The notes under the pieces were generated by a model, which worked only from the letters and a program-made list of their open reading frames with translations, did not search any database and had not been told where the DNA came from. The position numbers were made by a program, and so were the translations under genes. From Octopus bimaculoides (Eukaryota), in NCBI RefSeq assembly GCF_001194135.2, contig NC_068998.1, positions 28,042,409 through 28,106,408 of the forward strand: DNA of 64,000 nt. The letters run 5' to 3'. This document shows, piece by piece, positions 48,641 to 61,520 of this stretch (its first letter is position 1; the number at the start of each line of letters is the position of its first letter).

Positions 48641-49159
48641 GTAACCTTTTAGTATACAAACCATCAAAATAAACTATCAAAAGTTATTTGTGTTTATTCA
48701 GGCCAGCCAGACTCAACACACAGCATGAATAGCAGGATACTTTTCTCCTATCATGTCACTTCCTAAATTTCATCATGTTTATATGCATTTTTGCAACATA
48801 TCCAGCATACTGCTGCCGACACTGCCACCACATCTCATCATTTTATTTCTGTTTTTTCATACAGGCATGAGCTGATTAGGCTTTCTGAAATACTGCTTTA
48901 TAACTAAGCACTCTGTCGCCAACCCTTTTAGTTGCCTCTGACAATATGCAAAGACAGTATACCAATTCTAAATGTTTGGTGCACAGAGTATATATCCAAT
49001 ACCATTAATCTTATGAATGCTAAATAGCTAAAGTCATACATGGAGCCTCTATGGAAATTAAGGCAAATTCCTCTTCAGAATCCATATTATTAATGTAATC
49101 AGTTATTCTCTTCCCAGTCTGGTCAACTGGTTCCCACTATGATTATTAACAATGATAAT

Positions 49160-49315
49160 GTTGGTGTTAGGAAGGATATCCAGCTGTAGAAACCATGCCA
49201 AATCAGATTGGAGTCTGATGTAGCCCCTCAGCTTACCAGCTCTGGTCAAACCATCCAACCCATGCCAGCATAGACAATGGACGTTAAATGATGATGATGA
49301 TGATGATGATGATGA
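49160..49315 (+). mobile_element. RTE 3' tail with (gat)n
   Basis: about 88% identical by eye to the reverse complement of 57174-57314. Confidence 0.8.
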
Positions 49316-49431
49316 ATAAATGCTACTGTTGCTACTATCACCTCTACTACTATTTTCAGCCAATATCACAAAATGTTTTTCTAATAAAAACAAGTAATAA
49401 AAATATATAGAAATAGAAATGTATGAATTAC

Positions 49432-49571
49432 CTTAGTAATTGTAAGGACCACATCAGTGGATGTTGTGTATTGATCAAGTTCACCAATCAATTTGTAACC
49501 AACAACTTTAGGAAGCACCATACTAATTGATTGACCAAGCATGACAGCCTCTGCTTCAATGCCACCGACAC
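49432..49571 (-). CDS. ACO1: ACO1/IRP1 coding exon (140 nt; [46 protein letters not shown])
   Basis: ttttag/gtaatt sites; phase-compatible; IRP1 homology. Confidence 0.96.
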
Positions 49572-50065
49572 CTAAAATAAATTATATTTGATTTTAGAGA
49601 AAATAAGACAACTTAATTGCTTTTATAAATAGTGACAACTATTCTTTAATATTAATATTAAAAATTTTTTCAAGTGTTAGTCAGCTGAGTTCATAAGACT
49701 CTAACCTTGCCTATTATAAGGTTGAAGCTTCCATCATTGGCAGCACTATACCCTGTAACCCCTTGTAAAAATTCTTATCTATCAATGAACTAATCCTCCC
49801 ACTTTTATTATGTGGAATTACAGTTCACTACTTGCTATACTAAACTCAAATACTTCAGTAAGTCTGGAGAAGGCAACAGGAAACTCTTTTATTGTGTCCT
49901 CTTCTAATAATGACATAAGAGTCAACATTCGCCAATTTTCCATGAGTCAGTTGAATTACTCGTTAAATATTATTTACTATGTACTAACTCATTTTAATAC
50001 TTTCTAAAAGATATTATCATTGCTATTTGCACCTGCAACAATAAATCAAACTTTCTATTCTAAAG

Positions 50066-50214
50066 TGTGGCTGTGTGGTAAGAAGCTTGCTTCCCAACCA
50101 CATTGTTCCAGGTTCAGTGCCACTGCATGGCACCTTGGGTAAATGTCTTTTACTATAGCTGAGGACCAACCGAAGCATTGTGAATGGGTTTGGTAGACAG
50201 AAAATGAAAGAAGC

Positions 50215-50301
<87 letters not shown>

Positions 50302-50500
50302 GTATGTGTCATTTTACCCACTCCATCTCTTGACAACTGATGTTGGTGTGTTTATGTCTCTGTAACTTAGCAGTTTAGCAAAAGAGACCGATAGAATAAA
50401 TACTAAGCTTACAAACAATAAGTCCTGAGGTCAGTTTCTTCGACTAAGGCAGTGCTCCAGCATGGCTGCAGTCAAATGACTAAAACAAGTAAAAGAATGA
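50066..50500 (+). mobile_element. tRNA-derived SINE (27301 family) with expanded internal (TA)n
   Basis: colinear with 27301-27755. Confidence 0.88.
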
Positions 50501-51153
50501 CTATGAAATTCACAGAAATGGTCTTTAGTGTTACCAGTGCTACAATAGGAAAGAAGACTAACTGATGCAACTGAAAGAAGACTAACTGATGCAACTGAAA
50601 GCAAAGAAAAAAAAAAGGAACTAAAATGGAATCATAAAGTTATCATAAAGCAAGAATCTTGATTTTAAGATGTAGAACAAGTGATTTTTATTTTAAGATA
50701 AGAAACTAATTCCTTATAGGGTATCTACAGGAGTTAAACATATTTAGCATTTAAGTTACAATACAAAGGTTGATCTAGACTGTCTTGAATTTCAAACACT
50801 AATCAATAAGACGAAGCCTCAACATAATCACTTCAGCTGTTAGAAATAGCAGCCAAATCCCTTTCATAGCATAACTCATCATACTAAAAAACTAAAACGG
50901 AAAAAAACCCCACTGGATAATGGGTTTCTAGTAAGAATATGTTAATAAAAAGATGGGAGAATTATGGTTGGAATGCCTTGGATGAAAACTTATGAATGGT
51001 GAAACAAGAAAATACATATTGGAAAAATATGTACAAAAAAACTTGACTGTTTATACTATGCTCTAGTTTCAGTTGATGTCAAACAGCAGGATATACATAT
51101 ATATATATACACACACTCTATAATTTTGTAAATACAAATTTATTATTTATATA

Positions 51154-51269
51154 CAAGAATGTTGTCGACAGTGACTTCAAAGTTTCAGCCAGCTAAGCCA
51201 TTGTCAGATTGCAGCCCAATGATGGTTTACCTGGCCAAAAGTTTGAAGCCACTGTCAACTACATTCTTG
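51154..51269. repeat. 116-bp fold-back with a degenerate hammerhead-like core in each arm
   Basis: 54-bp arms about 78% identical; inferred ancestral CTGAYGA T GGC ttagctg GCC GAAA. Confidence 0.7.
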
Positions 51270-51899
51270 TTTATTGTGTGTGTGTGTGTGTGTGTGTGTG
51301 CTGATAAACACTACATATGTGAAGTATAAATTCTACACTACTTAAAACAATACACCAGTAGTCTTAACAAGCTAATTGTGCTCTGACACTTTAAGTGTTT
51401 ACATTCCACAAGCACTACAGGCTGAAATCTCAATGAACTGAAGTTGTAAATTCCAGGAAATTGCTTAGTAAACTTAGTGAGTGCAACCATTTATAGCACA
51501 ATAGCTGGATGTATGAACAAGTATGAACCAATAAACAGTTCTTTTAGTACTTGAGATAAACTGATATACCATTAAAAGCTGAATAATAGGAATTGGAGAG
51601 TTTCTACATCTGTAAAGAAATCAGATAAAACAAATAGGATCTATTCTAAGTAGAATGTGATACAGAAGAATATATTAAATTTAAGAGGATTTAAAGCAGT
51701 TTTAAAGACGTTGTAAAAGAGAATAACAAGGTTATGGTTATTTAATGACTGATAAAGTAGAGAGGATTATGAAAAGTGATGCTATTATATTTCAGTTTAT
51801 GATGAAATTATATTTTGGCAGAATTAATTTATATTTTACTCTATTTTTGTTAGATAAAAATTAAAACACTAATATTTCGAAATGCAATTATTATGGATT

Positions 51900-52140
51900 G
51901 GTAGAATTATTAGAATGTTAAACAAAATGTCTTGCAGTATTTATTATGGCTCTTTAAGTTTTGTGTTTAAATCCCACCAAGCTTAACTGTGCTCTACATA
52001 CCACCTGGAGTCAATAAAATAAAGTACCAGTCAAGTATCAGGTTGATTCCACCAAGATCAACTTTATTTTCCACCCCTCCGGGTTAAACAAAGTTTCTAC
52101 CAGTCAAGTAATGGAGTTAATTTCATCACTTAACCCCTCA
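51900..52140 (+). mobile_element. Decayed CORE-like SINE, partly duplicated
   Basis: ggagtcaataaaataaagtaccagtcaagt motif occurs twice. Confidence 0.5.
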
Positions 52141-52199
52141 TCTGCACACACACACAAAATAAAAATAATTATTTCAGCTATGATGTACACTTAAGCTTA

Positions 52200-52990
52200 G
52201 GTCTTTGGCATTGAGAGACACAATCTGCTGCACCAAATGTCACCTGTCAGGTACAACTGCTGCAGCACCACAATATTTTGCAATTACTGAAATTTACTTT
52301 GCAGAAAAATTCCTAATATGTAAGAATTTCTTCACTAAATAACTCTAAACATTTTCTCCATCCAGCATCCTGGCCACCTTAACTGACATATAGAACTGTT
52401 GGAAGAAACTCCTGCAGTATGTTATTGAATTTTCATGACAGTAGTGATGCTTATTGTTGTCCAAATGCATACAGTGGAGTACAATTCCTGCTTTACCCAG
52501 TTTACTGCTCACGTCACTTTCTAACCTTCATTAACAACTGATCACACTACCCAGATAAGGAGAAATTATCTGAAGATGAATAGCTGGGTTGAGGCATTAA
52601 CCTGCATCATCTTGGTCTTTTCAGTTAATTCTAAGCACAATATTTTATGCTTGTTCTTTGAGCTTAACAGTTCTCGCAGACCAACACACGTTTCTGTCAG
52701 CAGAACAATGTCATAGGCAAAGGTCAGGTCATAACGTATTTCCACTTTCTTGGTGACATTTCTGTGTGACCCATCAGTTGCTTTTGTTATGTAAGACTTT
52801 CAGAAAAACTTTAAAGTGATTCATTAAAGCAAATTAAATAGGTTTCAAAAACAATCGGATTTGCCTTATAGTTTATAGACAATTCTGTGCTAGTTTATAA
52901 GAAACGCCTTCTTTCATGGCTGCCTACCAGCTCTCTGTCTCCCTCTGGATCTCCGCATGTAACTATGAAACTTACCCAGTAGTTTGATAT
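52200..52990 (-). mobile_element. Decayed RTE RT fragment spanning the catalytic motif
   Basis: DLTFAYDIVLLTET..GL.ELL...LCLELTEKTKMM (cf. DLDFADDIVLL...GL.IN..KTK.M). Confidence 0.55.
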
Positions 52991-53354
52991 TCATTAGTTA
53001 ACACTGATTAAAACATAGCTCAAATTTAATAAGTGGTACAACATTAAATGATGATTAATAAAGAATGATTTAAGATACAAATTGGTAACTTAATGCAATT
53101 ATCACAACTTTCATCATCACAAATTCAACTGCTAGTAGGAAGAGTAGGAGTGAGAAGATGCAGCCAGTAACAACACCAAAATTTTTAGTATGGCTATTAT
53201 CCCAACACTGTGGCTATAGTCCATGTTCAAATTCTTGAAAATGTTGAAGTACTGTTGGGGGATACTCAAGTGGAAACTACGAGTTTACTCCTTTCTCATA
53301 GCCAATATCTAAATCACGACACTGCACGGCTTAGCTAAGTTTCATGTAAAATAT

Positions 53355-53566
53355 TGGTTTCAAATTTTAGTACAAAACTAGCTATTTCAGAGAGGGGTAA
53401 GTCAGTTGCACTGACCTCAGTGTTCAACTGATACTTATTTTATCAACCCCAAAAGGATGAAAGACAAAGCCGATCTTGATGGAATTTGAACTCAGAACAT
53501 TAAGATAGATGAAATGCTGCTAAGCATTTTGCCTGGTGTGTTAATGATTCTGCCAGTTTGCCACCT
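53355..53566 (-). mobile_element. CORE-like tRNA SINE
   Basis: reverse complement of the 40293 family. Confidence 0.75.
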
Positions 53567-54349
53567 TAGTCCCACATAAAATATTGGCAACACATTTGTG
53601 TCAATTCTACTACTTTATTTGAGCAGCATTTGACTAATCCAACAAGATTAAAAGAGAACAAATGAAGGGAAGATGGAGTAATTAGCTCAATGTATGAAAC
53701 TGTGAGAGATAAACACAGCAATTCATACAAATTAGCATATTCAAAATAAATAATTCCCAAAATGCACAATATCACAGAAACCTAAATCTTTTTTTTATTT
53801 ATTTCAGTTTAACCACTGGGAAGTCGGCTGAAGCGCATGACACTTGTAACTGCTTAGACTAGTGCAGTCAATGAAGGTTATGTATGTTGCTGTGTAGCCC
53901 CAGTTAGTTACAAGATCTTACTACAAAAGTCATATTGATGTGGTTAAGTATATAACCAGTGTAGATACACAGTGTAGATAAGCAATTCAGGTGTAAACAT
54001 TACACTTCTGAAATTTAGTGAGGATTTAATTGTTATTGATACATTTTGTAATTCTTTGATTAGAGCATTGACCAGAAGTTATAGAACATGTAGGAAGTAA
54101 GCTAAATGACAAGTTGCAAAAAACAGATCTCTTCAGGTTTAATGTTTGTGGAAAAAGTGTAGGCAAAGTTGTTTAATTGGAATTGGGTGGATAGGGATGA
54201 GACAAAGAATGGCAAATTAAGAAGAAGCAAGAAAACATCATTACAGTAGTGGCAGAAGATAGAGAAAGAGAGAAGCTTGGCACCTGGATGGGTAATTGGT
54301 TGTAATGTACTGGCGAGTGAATCTTTTCAGTCAACCAAATAATTGAAGA

Positions 54350-55250
54350 TATTTGCTTTTATAGTAACGGCATTTTCTCAGATATGCCAGCAATACTCAA
54401 TGTGGACTGCACTTGTGTTTTACAGAAGGTTTTAAGTATTTTATAGCCTTGAAGAGGAAATTCAGATGCAGTTTTCGCAATGTTAAAGATGTAAAGTCAT
54501 CATGGAAGATCAGAGATTGTGAAATCTAGCCAGGTGGAGGGTTTTAGTTATAAGTTATTCATGAATAGATATGGAGCGGCATGTTCCCACTGAAGGATAT
54601 TTCTGAGGTGTCCGTTCATGGAATCATTGCAAATTATATAGAGAGTGGAAAACTTAACCAAATCCTAAGACACATTAGATTTGATAAAGTGTAGACAGCA
54701 GGAACTCTGTTGATACAAATGTTACAATAGTCTGACAGCAAACTTTTGATTCAAGAGATGAGGAATAACTTAGCTAGGAGGTTTTCATACAAGACATGCT
54801 GATATCAAGAGCAATAACAATGCTTTTAGCTTAGTTCTTAAAAAAGAAAAGACTTGAGCATGATGTAGGAAAGAACTTTTCTAAATATGGTTGTGTGGAA
54901 ACTGTAGTGACAGTCAGCGACAAAAGAGAAAAAAAAAATGATGATATAATAGTTTATGATTCTACCACCATTCAAATGTTGAAAGCAAAGTAACATATAC
55001 TGTTGTATGTTTAGAGTTTAGCATAAATGTTTGTAGAGAGGGAAATGCCAAGTTTGGTGAGAATAACAGCTAGCTAAAGGGTACACTTATGAGGGTAATA
55101 TAGTCAGAACTAGTTGCCTTGTTGACCAGTAAAGCTTCCTAACATGAAGTGAGCATGATAAAACCGCTGGGTTTGGTGAAAGGATTTCAAGAGAGATTTT
55201 ATGTGTAAGCAATGTAGAATTGGAAGCAAAATAGACAGCAAATATAGTGG
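54350..55250 (-). mobile_element. Decayed L2/CR1-clade RT fragment
   Basis: KSIVIALDISMS (cf. VALDISKAFD) and a downstream GVPQGS-like remnant. Confidence 0.45.
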
Positions 55251-55980
55251 CTTTATCTACAGAAATGATGCTTTTAAAGATTTATTCCTCAGAAAGTTTT
55301 GAAGGCCATGTGATTTAAGAGCAATTTTTACTTTCCTTTATGGTTATTTTGTAAGCATCAAAATGTGTAGAATTCTTAGTTAGTGGATGGTTTATAACTT
55401 TTTCCCAGTGTTGGAGGCAGTGTTGTTGTTCTGTAGAACTGAGAGTGAATAATTTGGGGGTTGGGGATATAAAACAACATATCTATAAGGGTTGTATCAT
55501 TCACCGACTTTTCTGTTACAGACATAGTCAAGAGAATTTCTGCTAACTGAAGTAAAAGCTAGCACAAGTAATGAATACACTAAGAATTTCATGACATCCT
55601 TTGCAGTTGTGGGAAATCATTCACGAGTGAACTCAGATACTTCTGCTCTTCAATCCACCAGTAGATGTAACTGAATATATGTTTGACTATCCGAAATATC
55701 CCAAGGCTGTCTGTATGACCTGCATGAAACACCTCCAGCAGTTGATGTAATACTAACTAGTACTGGATACAGCTTTGGAGAGAAGAGATAATAGTCAGTC
55801 AACCTTTTCCCAATAAACCAACTGAGATTGTTACAAATATTATGGCAAGGGATCCAAAAGAAAGTAAAAAATAAACATTTGAACAAAAGATTAAAAATCA
55901 AACATCATCCAAAGAATAAGAACAACAAAAATGATATAATATATTGCCTAACAATTATAAAATTTTAGTTATAAACTTAC

Positions 55981-56164
55981 CCCAGCCTACTACACCAAGG
56001 CCGTTCACCATAGTAGTATGAGAATCAGTCCCAACTACTGAATCAGGATACAGCATACCATTACTGCTAAAAACAACCCTTGCAAGATATTCCAAATTCA
56101 CTTGATGTACAATTCCAGAACCTGGAGGTATAATCTGCATGTTCTTCAAAGCAATTGAGCCCCA
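55981..56164 (-). CDS. ACO1: ACO1/IRP1 coding exon (184 nt; [31 protein letters not shown]...[23 protein letters not shown])
   Basis: tttcag/gtaagt sites; aconitase motifs [11 protein letters not shown] and GTDSHT. Confidence 0.97.
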
Positions 56165-57171
56165 CTGAAAATAAAAAGTTTCAAAAGTTGGGTAGAAAAA
56201 GGCTTAAATATTTAAAACAAACAAAAATTAGATATAGACAAATTGTATTTGTTTGAGACTTTAAAACTATATCAAGGGTGGTCTTCTGTAGTTAGCAATT
56301 AAAATAATGGAAGTCCTCAACCAATATCATATTTTACTGCCTACAACTAAGAAAATAAAATATTTTGTAACTAGAGCAGAGTACTAACAGATCATTTTTG
56401 GACCTTAAAAACATTTGACAGATATGAATATCATGGTACACTGATTGGGAGTGGACACAGTTTAGATCACATACCAATTCCATCTGTATCCAGAAGCAAA
56501 CCTGAAAAAGACACAACCTAAACATTCTAACATCTCTCTTCTGAAGGAACACAAATGCTAGTGAGGTACAAAGTTCCCTACTTTGTTCCCTCAGGTGGCT
56601 GCCAGATATCACAGGCTCATGTTGACTTTAAACAGTCATCTTTTAATGGTAATAAAGATGTCACTACGCATGCTAGATTGGTTACACAGCTGTAGAAAAA
56701 TAGAGTATTGACAGAACAATCTAAAAGGCTGAAAAAGAAAGAACAATTATATTAGCCACAACATCCAACGTTACAAGCTAAGAAGACAAACCATACATCC
56801 AATAAGTGAAGACTATAATGATTAGATATGATAGTGGCTGATGAAGAATGTATCTGATACTAGTTAAGTTGTAGACTTCAAAATCTTCTCCATTAAACCA
56901 CTAGAAACAATGCCAATGAGATTTAGCTAATATGTCAGGAAGATAAAATAGTCATTTTAAGAACCGTTACTAAAAAAACATTTAACTACAATCGTGATAT
57001 GAACATATTACACGACATATTGGTCCAATTTAAAACATCAGTATGATATCAATTGTTGCCTAACTGTATCCAGTTAGCCACCATGGTGGAACCAAGATAT
57101 TGACTTGTGTGTAATGTTAACTTCCAAGAAAGACTGGGTAGAACTGAGAGAGTGGTTGAGTATATAAGGCA

Positions 57172-58200
57172 AGTCATCATCATCATTTAACATCTGTTGT
57201 CCATGCTGGCATGGGTCAGACGGTTTGACCAGGGCTAGTAAGCTGAGGGGCTGCACCAGACTCCAGTCTGATTTGGCATGGTTTCTACAGCTGGATGCCC
57301 TTCTTAATGCCAACAACTACGAGAGTGTAATGGGTGCTTTTACATGCCACCAGCGCAGGTGCCAGTTGCATGACACCAGTATCTGCCATGACTATGATTT
57401 CACTTGGCCTGATGGGTCTTCTTCTCAAGCATGGCACATCGCCAAGGATCTCAATCACTTGTCACTGCTCTGTGAGGCCCAATGTTCAAAAGGTGCTTTT
57501 TATGTGCCACCAATATGGGTGTTAGTTATGCGATGCTGGCATCAGCAAAAATTGCCTCCATGAGGCCCAATGCTTGAATGGCGCTTTTTACATACCACCA
57601 GCACAGATGCCAGTAACGTGACACCAGCATTGGCCACAACTATGATTTCACTTGGCTTGACAGGTCCTCTCAAGTACGATATATTACCAAAAATCTCAAT
57701 CACTAGGCATTGCCTCCACGAGGCCCAAAGTTTGAAAATCATGCTCCACCACCTCGTCTCATGTCTTCCTAGGTCTACCTCTACCACAGGTTCCCTCCAC
57801 AGTTAGAGACTGGCACTTCTATACACAACTGTCCTCGTCCATATGCATCACGACCATACCAGTGCAGTCGTCTCTTTTGCACACCACATCTAATGCCTCT
57901 TATGCCCAATTATTCTCTCAAGATGCTTACACTGTCATACATGCACAGTGATATTGCACATCCAGCAAAGCATACTGGCTTCATTTTCTTCAAGCCTATG
58001 CATGTCCTTGGCGGTCACTGCTATGTAGCACAGCTGTTCACATACACACACATCATACAGTTTGCCTTTCACTCTGAAGGAGAGGCCTTTTGTTGCCAAC
58101 AGAAGGAGGAGCTCTCTGAACTTTTCTCAGTCAATTTTTATTCTTGCAGCTATGCTCTCAGAGCATCCACCTCCGCTACTGACCTGGTCACCTAAATAAT
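57172..58200 (-). mobile_element. 5'-truncated RTE LINE (RT C-terminus, repetitive 3'UTR, tail)
   Basis: KFRELLLLLATKGLS.RVKGKLYD.CV...HMDEDSCV.KCQSLTVEGTCGRGRPRKT*DEVVEHD; (gat)n end at 57174-57186. Confidence 0.88.
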
Positions 58201-58887
58201 GGAAGCTATCAACTACTCTAGCTTACCTGACTGGCAGTCGATGGAATCTATTTTCTGTACATTTTTAGTGTTTATTGTACCTGTGCATCTTCCAACTTGA
58301 ATAAGATTATGATGGTTGGTATAGGGATATAACATAAATGGATAATGTACAGTTGGTGAAGTTAGTGGTGGAAACTACATGCAGTAAAAGAGATTAAAGA
58401 AGACTTAGAAAGAGACGGTTATGAGAGATTTTAGAATATTGGGACTCACAGAGGAAATGATGCAGAATGAAGACGTTTGGAGAAAGGCCAGTGATGAAAA
58501 GTTGTCATTATGATGATGATGGTTATCTATTTGTATGCGTGCATATGTACAGTATGTGTGTATTTTATTATTTTTTTTTTTTAAGTATAGCATATGTGCT
58601 TGCATGTACATGCAGCATGTCAAGAAATACTTCCTATTCTTCAATTATGGAATGTTTAAAAAATATGTTACTAAATTGACCTTACCTTGTGAAAACGGTA
58701 TATAAAGTATAAAAACATTTTTTAAAATTGGAATAATTTTTTTTCTCCCAACAAAAGAGTTATCCGTAATTATTGATGTGAATTCCTTTTAGAAATGTGA
58801 TTGTCTATCTGAGTCAACCATTCAAAAGTTTAACAAAATATTGTGCACTGAATGACAGCAAGTGATATTTAGTACAGGTACCAGCAT

Positions 58888-59065
58888 NNNNNNNNNNNNN
58901 NNNNNNNNNNNNNNNNNNNNNNNNNNNNNNNNNNNNNNNNNNNNNNNNNNNNNNNNNNNNNNNNNNNNNNNNNNNNNNNNNNNNNNNNNNNNNNNNNNNN
59001 NNNNNNNNNNNNNNNNNNNNNNNNNNNNNNNNNNNNNNNNNNNNNNNNNNNNNNNNNNNNNNNNN
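58888..59065. other. Assembly gap (N run) with an identical 53 bp on both flanks
   Basis: 58835-58887 equals 59066-59118. Confidence 0.95.
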
Positions 59066-59114
59066 AAAATATTGTGCACTGAATGACAGCAAGTGATATT
59101 TAGTACAGGTACCA

Positions 59115-59701
59115 GCATCCAGTCAACATCATGGTATTTAGTACAGGTACCAACATCCAGTCAACATCATGGTATTTGGAGTGATAACTAGTGATGGCGA
59201 CATTATGCCTCCCTTCATCTTCCCATACAGCCTCACACTCAACACTGAGGCCTACACCAAGTGCATGAAGGGGGTAGTGCTGCCCTGGTTCAAGAGGGTG
59301 GCTGCTGGAAGACCCTATGTCTAACAACACGACTCTGCATCATGCCACATCACCCCTAACAACTGGCCACCTGACTCCCCAGACTGCAACCCCCTTGAAT
59401 TATCATGTGTGGGGCACAGTTGAGTGAGAGACCAACAAAACTTGAAACACCAAAGATGAACTGAAGGCAAGGATTATGGCAACATTTACCAATTTAAAGA
59501 GACTGTACAGAAGAGTTGCAGGAGATTCTGAAGTCGTCTGGAGGCTGTGGTTGAAGCCAATGGCGATTTTATTGAATAAATTTACTCTTTAGTATTTCAA
59601 GATATTCTTATGTAATTTTGGTATATATATCTGTTAAAATGAGATGTCTGTGTTATTTTCATTTTTGCGTAGTTTAGACAATATATCCACCACACCCTGT
59701 A
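59115..59701 (+). mobile_element. Second maT-like Tc1/mariner fragment (3' half plus right TIR)
   Basis: homologous to 5655-6256; ends CACCCTG-TA. Confidence 0.82.
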
Positions 59702-59730
59702 TATTGGTACTATCAAACACATGGAAGATA

Positions 59731-59805
59731 TGAGAAAAGATAAACACAAGAATTTTGAGAAAAGATAAACACAAGAATTTTGAGAAAAGATAAACACAAG
59801 AATTT
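59731..59805. repeat. Perfect 25-bp tandem repeat x3 (tgagaaaagataaacacaagaattt)
   Basis: units start at 59731, 59756 and 59781. Confidence 0.95.
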
Positions 59806-60019
59806 TGTCTATGAATCTCATGAAAAAAATGTAATCTGTATAAGACTACTTTATATTCTGATTAATGAAATGATCTAAAATATAGTGTATAAAAATATAA
59901 AACTTTCTAGTATGGTGTTTGTATATCTATATATAGATTTATCATCTATGTATATTAATTATCTATATAACAATAAATGATCCCTAACATATACTGCATA
60001 TATTTATTCTTTTATTTTT

Positions 60020-60219
60020 TTCAGTCATTTGATTGCAGTCATGCTAGAGCACCACCTTTAGTCGAGCAAATTGACCCCAGGACTAATATTTGTAAGCCTA
60101 GTACTTATTCTATCATTCTCTTTGCTGAACCTCTAAGTTACGGGGATGTAAACACACCAGCATCGCTTGTCAAACAATGTTGCGGGGACAAACACAGACA
60201 CACAAACATATACACACAT

Positions 60220-60269
<50 letters not shown>

Positions 60270-60420
60270 CAGGCTTCTTTCAGTTTCTGTCTACTAAATC
60301 CACTCACAAAGCTTTGGTTGGCCCGAGGCTATAGTAGAAGACACTTGCCCAAGATGCCACGCAGTGGGACTGAACCTGGAATCACGTGGTTGGTAAGCAA
60401 GCTACTTACCACACAGCCAC
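60020..60420 (-). mobile_element. tRNA-derived SINE (27301 family) with internal (TA)n
   Basis: reverse complement colinear with 27301-27755. Confidence 0.88.
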
Positions 60421-60554
60421 TCTTGTAGAGTACATACTTTTTTTTTTTCAAAATATTCCCAGCTTTAGATGCATGACCAGAAATTATATCTATTGCAGAA
60501 GTCAACCGATGTGTAATAATGTTGCGTTTTACTATTATATTGATAATATGTTGG

Positions 60555-60762
60555 TTTTATATTTTGGTACAAACCCAGTAATTTCATGGGGACAGGGAAG
60601 TCGATTACATCAACCCCAGCGCCTAACTGGTACTTATTTGTCCCCAAAAGGATGAAAGGCAAAGAAGACCTTGACGGAATTTGAACTCAGAACATAAAAA
60701 TGGACGAAATGCCTCTAAGCATTTTGCCTGGTGTGTTAACAATTCCACCATCTTGCTGCCTT
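60555..60762 (-). mobile_element. CORE-like tRNA SINE
   Basis: same family as 53355. Confidence 0.75.
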
Positions 60763-61119
60763 ATTGTATTGATAATATATTATATTAAATGTTCATTATA
60801 TTTAGAGTCAACATAATTTATGTCTCATGAAATTAATATACAGAACACTGGATGGAGTTTTTAAGAAGTTTTTTTACTTCATGAAAATTTAAAATGCTGT
60901 GCTTCAGCTAATTAAGATTCTGATTTTGAAATAAATATTTTCAAATTGGAAAAAAATTGTTGGCAGATCTTGTGCTTAACAGTAAAAAATGAAATTTTAA
61001 AAAAAGTAGAGTGTTTTTAAAAAAATGCCTACTTAAATGATACTTTTTCGTTCTTGGACACGCCATGCATGCATTACTCAACACACTGAATAGCAACATT
61101 GAGTAAAACCTTATGCGCC

Positions 61120-61520
61120 CCCACCACCATCATTGTTTTAATGGTTACTTTTCTATATTTACAAGGGACAGACAAAACTTGTCAAATCAGATTCTTCTAC
61201 AGTTGGATGTTCTTCTTGTTACAAACCTGCATCTCTTTCAGTATAAGGTAATATTTCCCCCAGTCCTCCGAACATACTTTCACAGAAGATTGTAAACAAA
61301 AGGCACTGTTTATGAAGTGGTGACTTTTGTTTACAACTAGCATGCATGTATCAAGACAAAGAGAACATAAAAACACATATGTTGGGCTTCTTACAGTTTC
61401 CTTTCACCAAACCCCACTCACAAGGCAATGATCACCCCATGGCTACCACACAAAGGATATGAATCCTAAACCTAAACCATGTGGTTCTGAAGTGAATTTT
61501 TTAAAAACACAGCCATGCCT
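61120..61520 (-). mobile_element. Decayed SINE of the 3700 type (head plus RTE-like tail)
   Basis: head remnant cacagccatgcc at about 61510; ttacagtttcctttcaccaaac core; tail near 61130-61250. Confidence 0.55.

Noticed and set aside
56838-56866. CTGATGA-AGA-atgta-TCT-GATAC-TAGTT hammerhead-like string
   Set aside because: GAAA is altered, helix II is only 3 bp and helix I does not pair; compatible with chance in AT-rich DNA.
58835-59118. 53-bp direct repeat around the N gap as a biological duplication
   Set aside because: An identical repeat on both gap flanks is typical of unmerged contig overlap.
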